NCBI GenBank assembly: GCA_950097015.1
Contig: CATNEN010000024.1
Coordinates: forward strand, 2,852,001 to 2,916,000
Source: Macrostomum hystrix
Taxonomy: Eukaryota; Animalia; Platyhelminthes
Reading direction: 5' to 3'
Length of the DNA: 64,000 nucleotides
The translations under genes and the position numbers were made by a program. Positions 1 to 11,000 of this stretch are shown here, piece after piece. Under the pieces are notes generated by a model. The model was not told the origin of the DNA. It was given only the letters and a program-made list of their open reading frames with translations, and made no database searches. Position 1 is the first letter of the stretch. Each line of letters starts with the position of its first letter.

Positions 1-312
1 CCAGTGTCTCATCTCTCCCGTGTCTCATCTCTCCCGTGTCTCATCTCTCCCATGTCTCATCTCTCCAGTGTCTCATCTCTCCAGTGTCTCATCTCTCCAG
101 TGTCTCATCTCTCCAGTGTCTCATCTCTCCCGTGTCTCATATCTCCAGTGTCTCATCTTTCCAGTGTCTCATCTCTCCCGTGTCTTATCTCTCCCGTGTC
201 TCATCTCTCCCATGTCTTATCTCTCCAGTGTCTCATCTCTCCCCTGTCTCATCTCTCCCGTGTCTCATCTCTCCAGTGTCTCATCTCTCCAGTGTCTCAT
301 GTCTCCCTTGTC
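1..312. repeat. 16-bp minisatellite (GTGTCTCATCTCTCCC/A), truncated by window start
   Basis: Directly visible tandem units; stop-free in three frames, which explains ORFs 4..345, 20..460 and 36..320. Confidence 0.97.
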
Positions 313-1190
313 TCAACTGATAAAGTTAAGTGCTGGACGCAATAAATTAAATTTTGGCAACGCAATATTACTATTTTTCCGCAGAAAAAAAATTAAACAA
401 TTTCATTTAATTTGGTCGATCTTACTTTCCAATATTGTCAGTTTTTCTTGTTTGCACTGAAACAGTTGTAAAACGAGCTATTTGGTCAGGTATGTATCAA
501 TACGTTAACCCTGTAAACACTTGATGCTATTCTTAGCACTGAGGATTTCCATAACAGAAATCCAAAATCTTGCTTTGCACACTGTTTCAAAGTTACATGT
601 AGCAGAGTGAATGCCGGCTGCTTTTGTTGCCGCTTGTCCGCTGAAGGTGAGTCTTTGTCTACGAAAATTAGTGGCTGCTGTTTTGAGGCCCCCTGCTCAA
701 AGTGAGATGGGCCAGTGCTGTGCACACTAAACCGCCCCTTGTAGTTCAAAAGGCATGCAAGCGCTGTTTCTCAGAGGGCCTATAATTATGAGGCTAGTGG
801 GCTATGCAGCTCGTTGACATCGGGCCTCCGAGTATCTGCTCCGTATTTAAATCCAGGTTGCCCTATTCAACTGAAGTCAGACACGCAGCGCAGAAAGTAT
901 ACCTTTATAGCCGAGCTTGATTGAAGAGGGCGCCATTTTTCATTCTTAAAATGGAAAGTGGAACGCTGATAGTCAGTAGCGCCGGTTAGCAGTCACTGTG
1001 AACTCAGTAATGCTCCCGTATCATTTGCTGATGCCATGTCATACACTGCAGAAGCAGGGTATTATATAATTTACTTTTACACTGTACAGCTGTACATTTG
1101 GCGTGGCAGTTCTAAAGACTGAGAACAGCTAGCTGCTTAGTCCATGGACAGGGGAGGCAACACCATCCACAGTTTCAGCCTCAAACTAAA

Positions 1191-1535
1191 ATAATGATAT
1201 TCGCTGGAGGGGTATGTGCACATCATTTGGTGACCGTTGACCCGCGGCGAGCGAGAGGCAGTTCCGACTCATGAGCACACACGCACACAGATACTGTACG
1301 CAGGCACACGCTCACAAAGGCGTGTACTCGTTAATCTGCCCTGAATTTCTCATTGTCAGGCAGTGTACTGCCTTGGAGGTTGGCCCTTAAGGGCGTAAAT
1401 TTCATGACAGGCCCCGAAGCCTTCTCTCCGCGGCTGCGCCCCAATTGAATGTGGTCTCGCCGCGAAATCTAGATTAACAGGGACACCTCAGTGCGAGAGG
1501 CAAACGCCTCTGCCGCATACGCTCGTATCACTCCC
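1191..1535 (-). mobile_element. SINE family B copy (tRNA-headed, ~340 bp)
   Basis: Shares blocks CACATCATTTGGTGAC, GAGCACACACGCACACAGATAC, CCTTGGAGGTTGGCCC and CTTCTCTCCGCGGCTGCGCCCC with about 12 other copies in the window. Boundaries approximate. Confidence 0.85.
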
Positions 1536-2074
1536 GGCCTCCGCAAATAGTGGTACCAAATTTACAGCTGGTTGAACCGAAGCACTTTTAACAATTTAGT
1601 ATCTCGTCCAAGGACACAAATAAACGTCCATTCGGCTGAGAATCGAACTCCCGACCTCTGATCGGAGAAAGACTCTCGTTTATCCTTGTCGCCCTCCTGT
1701 AGGCTTTAACGATTGCAATAAAATTTTTATTGGAAAACACTGAGCCACAAGTGTGGAACGTGTGAGTTGCTGCACTGCCAGATTCGCAGTTGCATATCAA
1801 CCCGCCAGTATGCTTAAGCAGTGTATGAGCTGCAATATTATGAGCAATTTGAAGTCTGCAGATAAATAAATACTCCTATACGAGTATATGCCTTCACTCG
1901 GCGCTAATGTCCTCCGTTGAAGGTGCGGAGGGTCTGCAGGCCATTGGGGCACACACGCCATTGGCTGGGCGAACGATGGGGCGCAAGAAATTTCCCTATT
2001 TTATCTATTCTTCTCTCTGTGATTTCCTACCGTTCGTCGATTTGCAACTCATCGTAAAAATCTCTTGCACAACA

Positions 2075-5000
2075 ATGAGCAGCAATAATAGCGTGGATAC
2101 CGGTAACGAAGCCGGCAGGTGAGACGGACTAACTTGAAATTCGTATGGAAACTTACTTGCTACTGGACGAATTGACGGAGATTTTACCATTTTTACAGTG
2201 AGGCATCAACATGTACCTGTACATCCACAACAGCGCTTGAAGGCGATCAGCCGCAGCCCCAGCTGCTGCTGAAAGCTCAGCAGCTGGGGGAGCAGGGCCA
2301 ATGCCACCACAGGCCGAGTCTGGTGCTGCTGGAACCCGACGATGACAACGAGTGCTTCTACTCGTTCACCGATGAGACAGATCGGGAGAGTCTGCGCGAG
2401 CGGGAAGACGTCCTGACGTCGCCGGCCGTGTCCCCGGTGCCATGGGTGCGGGAGGTTTCACCCGCCGCCGGAGGTCGTCGAACTGGTCAGTGCCGCGAAT
2501 GCCCCGATTGTGTATCGAATGACCCCATTGGCATTGAATGACCCGTAATGACCAGATTGGGAATTTAATGACACGATTATGTATTGAATGACCCCATTTT
2601 GTAGGGGGCGAGTGGGTCAGCGGCTAGCGTCGCTGCCTCGCACTTCAATGGACGCTAGTTCGATTCTTCCTTTAAGTCACGATTAATTACGGGACTTGTT
2701 AGAGGGTTTGGACAGTAGCGACCGGCGGAGGTGCACCATATTTCGTGCAACCAAAGCTTGAAAAAACAGCTTCGCTCCTACCTTCTGTGTGCCTGTTCTG
2801 CGTTGTGTGAGTTGTGTGCGTTGGCGCTGGGGCGTGAGGCCTTGCGATGGGGGTGGCTGGGGGGGCGGGTGTACACCACTGCGCGCTTTCTGGATTTCCG
2901 TCAGCGCGATTGGATAAGTGTACACTCATCACCCGGCCCCCCCTGAGGACTGATTTCTTATCAGCCTTCCGCCCTGTGGCTTGGTCTGCTCTGTGCGTGT
3001 GGGGCTGGGGTGGGGGGCACTGCTGCCTATTCTGGGTGCCTCCTGCCCTCCCCGGCTGGTCTGTGCTGCTGTGTGTGGTGCCTGCTCAGGGGAGGCGGCG
3101 CGATGGGCGCTAAGCGCCTAGTTCGCCGGTCTGGGGGCGTGCCGCTCCGTCGCTTGTGCGACAAGTGCCCCGGGCCCCCCTGCAAATAGATAGCTAGAGA
3201 GACCCCATTGTGTATTGAACGACCCCATTGTGTATTGAATGACCCTATCGTGTATTGAATGACCCCATTGTGTATTGAATGACCCGATTGTGCATTGAAT
3301 TACCCCATTGTGTATTGAATGACCATAACTTGTCTTGTATGACCATAAATGGTCTTGGATGTCCATAATTTTTTCTGTATGATCATAATTTGTCCTGTAT
3401 AACCACATAGGATTTAGTCATTTATTTTAAGGTTGTAAAAGTTGTCGATGCAAAAAAGTTTTGGACGCACACAGTAGTGTGTCATGATTATAAGTAGTAC
3501 TTTAAGTTCTGATTACCTACCTGTATTATTTAACTAGTCGTAGAAAAGTCTGGCAGATACCTGACCAAACGCTCTCGATGGAGTTTCAGCTCTGAACCAG
3601 GCCGAGTCAACAGTGCCGCTCCAGGTGAACGCCGGGCGGCAGTTTGTCACCCTCCAGGTGCCCAGCTTGCGTATTCCCGTGAGTTACATGTTCTTTGCTT
3701 ACTACTGGAAGTATAGTAGTGCGGATGCTGCGTGTTAGATTTCTTGTGAAATAACAAAACAACAGAAAAACAGAAATACTCAAAGTGTATTGAAATCACA
3801 TGGTATGACCTAGTCCTATATCATGCGATTTCAGTTTGGAAATAATTCATTTATTAATTTAGGATTGCTAGCTGGGGGCGAGTGGGTCAGCGGCTAGCCT
3901 TGCTGCCTCGCACTCCAATGGACGCTAGTTCAATTCTCCCTTCAAGTGACAAATTATTTCGGGACTTGTTGGAGGGTTTGGACAGTAGCGACCGGCGGAG
4001 GTCGGAGGCGCACCATATTTCGTGCAACCAAAGCTTGAAATAACAGCTTCGCTCCTACCTTTCTGCGTGCCTGTTCTGCGTTGTGTGAGTTGTGTGCGTT
4101 GGCGCTGGGGCGTGAGGCCTTGCGGTGGGGGTGGCTGGGGGCGGGTGTACACCGCTGCGCGCTTTCTGGATTTCCGTCAGCGCGATTGGATAAGTGTACA
4201 CTCATCACCCGGCCCCCCCTGAGGACTGATTTCTTATCAGCCTTCCGCCCTGTGGCTTGGTCTGCTCTGTGCGTGTGGGGCTGGGGTGGGGGGCACTGCT
4301 GCCTGTTCTGGGTGCCTCCTGCCCTCCCCGGCTGGTCTGTGCTGCTGTGTGTGGTGCCTGCTCAGGGGAGGCGGCGCGATGGGCGCTAAGCGCCTAGTTC
4401 GCCGGTCTGGGGGCGTGCCGCTCCGTCGCTTGTGCGACAAGTGCCCCGGGCCCCTGCAAATAGATAGATAGATAGGATTGCTAGCTGGTAGTCCAATATA
4501 AACAAAAATATAAAGTCAAAAAAATAAATTCCTGAAAATGGCAACGGACAAATGGAGCTAGGAAGCAGCCAATCACAGCCCTGTGTGACCCCGCTGTGAT
4601 ACTCCCTGGTTCTTAAGCATACCGAATTGAATGAGATTAGACCAGCAAGACCAAAGAAAAGATACAGATTAGTCTGTCAATCAAGTTAAAGCCATGCACG
4701 CCAGGACAAATGAAGGCCGGCCAGTAAAAGTGGGCGGAAAGTTTCGGGTGCTCAAGCGGACACAGACGTGCTCTCCGCAGGTATTCGAAACTGACTTGCT
4801 TCGACAGGTGAGTCGGTCGTGTGCACCCTACTGTCAAGGGCCTGTGTACACAGATTGGACTGTGTTACAGATTGGTGAAGGACACAGATTGATTTCTAGA
4901 TTTTAACTCCACGCTTCCACATATGGAAGATGCTATGTGAAGAAGTCCTTGGTTTGAACCGTGTGTTTGAACATGGACTTCTCTAGCTAGCATCTACCGG

Positions 5001-8000
5001 GTGGCCCGTGCGTTTAAGGACAACTTAAAAATGATCAAATGTATATACATTTTTAATATAAAAACAACCAACAAACGAAAACTTTAACATTTTAACTGAC
5101 CGCCATAATGTCTAGATGGCAACTAAAAATAGCATTTACTCAATGTAGCCCCCCTCCGCTGCATACACGGCTTCAATGCGAGACCGAAACTTGGTACAGG
5201 CACCTCTGATGACGGCAGGGCCCTGAGCTGACCAGGCAGCACTAACAGCAACTTGGAGAGTCTCCACGGTAGCATAAGTTGTTAAACATGCAACGCGGGC
5301 CACGTTGTTCCACACAAAGTAATCGAGAGGGGAACAGTCTGGACTCGATGGTGGCCAAGTGGTCGCATCCCAGAAGTCCTCGCCGAGCTCCCGGCGAAGA
5401 AATTCTTGAGTAGCGACAGCCGTGTGGGCAGGAGCGCCGTCCTGCTGAAAAACAAACGTACCTGGGGCAAAGTTGTGTCGAATCCATGGCAGTACATGAT
5501 CCTGCAGCATGCGGATGTACTCGGCTGAGTTGATTTTCACTCCAGATCAGGGGAGCCACCCTGCCGTCCGAAGCCACGACACCGAGAAACATGGCACCTT
5601 TGGCATGTTGCTGGCGAGGCATATAGCGGTGTTCCTCCGCAGCAGAGCTGGAGTCTCCTTTCAACTGCCGCAGCAGCTCCAACTTCTTCAATGTCGCTCT
5701 TGACGGCGTAAACAAACGACCTTGCAACATTGAGGTTCTCTGCTATCTGTGCTGGGCTTATACCCCGCGCGAGCTGGTCTACCACCATCAAACGTTTAGC
5801 GCGATTCATGGCTAATGCTAAGTTGCCGAAAATTTTCGCGGCAGCTACAGACTATATAGATACTATTTTGTCTATGGCCAAAACTATTATGCTCTAGCTA
5901 CCGCTGGCTTTGCTTTCTTCTATTTTTAAGGTTGTCCTTAAACGCATGGGCCACCCGGTAGATGCTAGTTAGTGAAGTCCAAGGTAGATGCTAGATATCG
6001 AATTCCTTGCTCTAAGCGGTCATTTTTCTTAGGGTTAATCGAAAGTCTTCGACTGTTTTAACGGATTGTGAAAAGGATCTGACACAAACTTCAATATATA
6101 ATTAATAAGAATAACTGATTATACCTCTCCCTAATGTGGCTGCACATTGAGCCAGATGTGCAGCCACAGCTATTGCGCGGCGCATCTGAAGGCTGCGTAC
6201 GGCTGTTCAGTCCATGGACTGGGGGGACGCCACACCCACCCTTAATCACCCCAGCTATTGCTGGTACCCATCTAACAGCTGGGTGAACTGAAGCAATGCA
6301 GAGTTAAGTGTCTTGCTAAAGGACACAAATTGTTCTAGGGGAGTCGGGAATCGAACCGCCGATCTTTAAGTCGGGAGTTCACTAACCTCTATATATACCA
6401 TCTTTATATAGAAGCCCTTGATTTCTAGAAATTAGTATTCGTTATCTGTATTGAATCATTTTGAATTGGATGGGTATCAATATGAATATTCCCGTGTAAA
6501 CATTGCAGCTTTGCCAGACTAACAATCTTGAGTATTGCACCCACATCTTACCAAAATATAATCCTAATATTGCAAATAAACTCTAGTCTCATTATTGAGT
6601 GGGGAACAAAATTTTCTTGCACGTGTTCATGTAGGAGTATATATAGAAATTTTTGGGAATTTTACCACAATTATTAGTCATATTCATTTCTAGAAAATCT
6701 TTTGAATCGAAGAAAGTTTTGAATCGAAGATTTTAATAGTCACTTTAACTTTTAAGACAATTTCGCCATACCAAGAGCGATTTTAGAAAATGTACTAAAA
6801 AATATGTTAGAATACAATGTTTGAATGTGATGTTGCGAAGGGATTTTTGAATGGAATGATGGGATGGGATGTTAGGATGGGATGTTGGAATGGAATGTTG
6901 GGATGGAATGTTGGGATGGGATGTTGGGATGGGATGTAGGGATGGGATGTAGGGATGGGATGTTGGGATGGGATGTTGGAAAGGGATGTAGGGATGGGAT
7001 GTAGGGATGGGATGTTGGGATGGGATGTTGGGATGGGATGTTGGAAAGGGATGTAGGGATGGGATGTAGGGATGGGATGTTGGGATGGGATGTTGGGATG
7101 GGATGTTGGGATGGAATGTTGGGATGGAATGTTGGGATGGGATGTTGGAAAGGGATGTGATGGAATGTTGGGATGGGATGTAGGGATGGGATGTTGTCAT
7201 GGAATGTTGGGATGGGATGTTGGGATGGGATGTTGGGATGGGATGTTGGAAAGGGATGTGATGGAATGTTGGGATGGGATGTAGGGATGGGATGTTGTCA
7301 TGGAATGTTGGGATGGGCTGTTGGGATGGGATGTTGGGATGGGATGTTGGATGGGTTGTTGTGAAGGGATATTGGGATGGGATGTTGGGATGGGATGTTG
7401 TCAAGGGATGTTGGGATGGGATGTTGTGAAGGGATGTAGGGATGGGATGTTGGAAAGGGATGTTGTGATGGAATGTTGGGATGGGATGTTGGAAAGGGAT
7501 GTTGTGATGGAATGTTGGGATGGGATGTTGGAAATGTAGGGATGGGATGTTGGGATGGAATGTTGGGATGGGATGTAGGGATGGGATGTTGTGATGGAAT
7601 GTTGGGATGGGATGTAGGGATGGGATGTTGTCATGGAATGTTGGGATGGGATGTTGGGATGGGATGTTGGGATGGGATGTTGGGATGGGTTGTAGGCATG
7701 GGATGTTGTGATGGAATGTTGGGATGGGATGTTGGGATGGGATGTTGTGAAGGGATATTGGGATGGGATGTTGGGATGGGATGTTGTCAAGGGATGTTGG
7801 GAGGGGATGTTCGGATGGGATGTTGGGATGGGATGTTGGGATGGGATGTTGGGATGGGATGTAAGGATGGGATGTTGGGATGGGATGTTGGGATGGGATG
7901 TTGGGATGGGATGTTGGGATGGGATGTTGGGATGGGATGTTGGGATGGGATGACGAGAAAGGATGTTGGTAGGAACGAAAGTTGAGCAGTCACTCCCAGA

Positions 8001-11000
8001 CTCCCACTCTTCGGTCTTCTCCCAGCAGATCAAGCGACGCGGCAGCGCCGCCAGTCTCACCAGCGACAACGAGGACGATGCCGACGCGGGCGGACCTGGC
8101 GAGGAGAACCTGAAACGTCGAGGTCGGCGAGCGGCAATCTACAACTCCAAGGTATACTCTCCTACTTATTTGTGCAACTTTTACTTTTAGCGGTCATTGA
8201 TAATCGATGCGTGGTCCCAGGCTAAGGTAGACGATTCTTCATTAATCTCTAATGCCCTATAAGTGTTTTTTGGTGTTAAGTTCGGTGAAGTAGCGAAGTT
8301 TGCACTTTAACGATTCTTTCGAGATCTCAAAAACTTCCTTTTTGGCGAGATATTTAGCTCGTACTATCTGATTTTTTTTCTGTTCAATCTTACATGAAAA
8401 TATTTTTCCATCATCGTTTTAGGCTTTAGGAAGAGCCTAAAATCTTTCATATTTCTGATGTTAAGAACTTTTACGAAATCTTATTTACTTTTGTGTGTCA
8501 AAAATGCTACAGCCCTGGCAAGTCTGGACTGGATACAGATGCTGTTGTGAAGGGATGTTGGGATGGGATGTTGGGATGGAATGTTTTTGGTAGGAATTTT
8601 TTTTCCACGTATTAAGCTATTCACTCTTTTCTGCGCAAAGTGGGTTACCTGGTGGCAACTGGAGATCATTCTGGTAATGAATTAAGCAACTCGCCTACAA
8701 AATGGAACTAAGAAAATTTCAACATTCTAGAACTTCATCGGCGAAGCCAAAAGTCCGGATAGAAGTCCCTGCGAGTCAGGCAACGAGGACAACTGGTGAG
8801 TACCGAGACACCGATTCAGTTGCCATGCAGAGTCGTAAAAATCCCAAAATCCCCCATCAAATTCTCGTGCCCTTCAGCAGCGAGGATGCAAAGCGCCGAC
8901 GCAGCTCTCTGGAGCTGAAGGTCGAGGTTCTGCCTCGCGTCGACATCCTCAAGGAGACCAGCAAGCGGATGCTGAAGAAGCAGAATACGATTGGCGACCT
9001 GACGCAGAAGACGCTCCAGAACATGCTGGCTGGAGAAGGTAGGTTGGCAGCCTCAGACGCGATCTGTTGGAAGGGCTTATCATTTAGCTCCAAGCGAGGG
9101 ACCTTTATGTACCAATGGCAGGCATGACTGCTTGTACTACAAAATTTTGTCCATTGTAGATCAATACATTTAAGCACCATTGAGCTTGAGCTTCTGAGTT
9201 CGAATCGAAGCGCGAGGAAAGCAATTTGTGTCGTTAAGCTTCGCCAAGCTGCGAAATGGACACAAGCATTAGCTGGGTGGAAATTTGAGTGGGTGGCGGC
9301 GTCCCCTGTCCATGGACTGAACGAGCCTTGTGCGCTCCACTCCCTGTCCATGGACTGAAAGAGCCTTTGTGGGCTCCACTCCCCTGTCCATGGACTGAAC
9401 GGGCCTTTGTGCGCTCCACTCCCGTGTCCGTGGACTGAACGAGCCTTTGGGCGCACCACCCCAATCCATGGACTGAACTAGCCATTGGAAACGCCTCCAC
9501 CTGTCCATGGACTGAACGAGCCTTTGTGGGCTCCACTCCCCTGTCCATGGACTGAACGAGCCTTTTTGGGCTCCACTCCACCTGTCCATGGACTGAACGA
9601 GCCTTTGGGCGCGCCACTCCCCTGTCCATGGACTGAACGAGCCTTAGGACACGCCACGCCTTCTCGTGTTGATCTCGTGTTGATGAAAGTTATTCAACTT
9701 CTTCTAATATATGAAATTAATAGTCGTGGAGTAATTCCAAACTTTCTTGTATCCAATCAGAGCTGTGAAAAAGTTCGAATGCTCAATGCCAACAACAGCT
9801 GCTGTTTAATCTACATTTTAGATGCAAAGAAAAAAGGCGGAATGTCCATTCTGAAAATGGTGAGAAACATGTGACGATATTTTTTCAAATATTAATATTT
9901 TTTATAGTGTCCGAATTCTATATAGTGTCAGGGTCAGGCTTCAAACCCGGCTGCAGCTAGAGGCCATGATCCCCTCTGATCCCACGGGAGAGCAAGGAAG
10001 TGCCGAAATTCCCCATGAACTGTGTGTGGCCTCGAAGCGAAATAAGCAGATTAATATTTGAGGGCCTGATGCGCTACTCAGTGACAGAAAAGTGCATCCG
10101 AAATTAAATTTCATTCAGATTGACAAACGGCTGAATAAGGGCAAGGAGGGCGCCACTGACCTTCAGGAGGCACTGACTGCGCTATACAAATCCGAGTTCC
10201 GCGACACCTACCTGATGTCATTCAAGGCGAGCAGGATAAGCGCTGTAGACTGACCTACCTGCTGACTGACCTGTGATCTGTCACTCCTGTAGATGTGGGG
10301 CTGATCTGTCACTCCTGTAACAGTGAGGCTGATCTGTCACTCCTGTAGATGTGGGACTGATCTGTCACTCCTGTAGATGTGGGACTGATCTGTCACTCCT
10401 GTAGATGTGGGACTGATCTGTCACTCCTGTAACTGTGAGGCTGATCTGTCACTCCTGTAGATGTGGGACTGATCTGTCACTCCTGTAACAGTGAGGCTGA
10501 TCTGTCACTCCTGTAGATGTGGGACTGATCTGTCACTCCTGTAGATGTGGGACTGATCTGTCACTCCTGTAGATGTGGGACTGATCTGTCACTCCTGTAG
10601 ATGTGGGACTGATCTGTCACTCCTGTAGATGTGGGACTGATCTGTCACTCCTGTAGATGTGGGACTGATCTGTCACTCCTGTAACTGTGAGGCTGATCTG
10701 TCACTCCTGTAACTGTGAGGCAGATCTGTCACTCCTGTAACTGTGAGGCTGATCTGTCACTCCTGTAACTGTGAGGCTGATCTGTCACTCCTGTAACTGT
10801 GAGGCTGATCTGTCACTCCTGTAACTGTGGTGCTGATCTGTCACTCCTGTAACTGTGAGGCTGATCTGTCACTCGTGTAACTGTGGGGCTGATCTGTCAC
10901 TCCTGTAACTGTGAGGCTGATCTGTCACTCCTGTAACTGTGAGGCTGATCTGTCACTCGTGTAACAGTGGGGCTGATCTGTCACTCCTGTAACAGTGGGG

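Noticed and set aside
612-647. Possible upstream exon (MPAAFVAACPLK/GTGAGT)
   Set aside because: It ends in phase 0, which is incompatible with the phase-2 acceptor at 2198, and there is no homology support.
7963-8025. Splice acceptor at 7972 directly after the GGGAT array
   Set aside because: It has no pyrimidine tract and the TTGGTAGGAA motif recurs at the array remnant (~8586). The acceptor at 8025 is stronger and phase-compatible, though not proven.
9300-9660. CRISPR-like array (palindromic repeat with ~39-bp period)
   Set aside because: The intervening sequences are near-identical rather than unique spacers, there are no cas genes, the context is eukaryotic, and the unit derives from SINE A.
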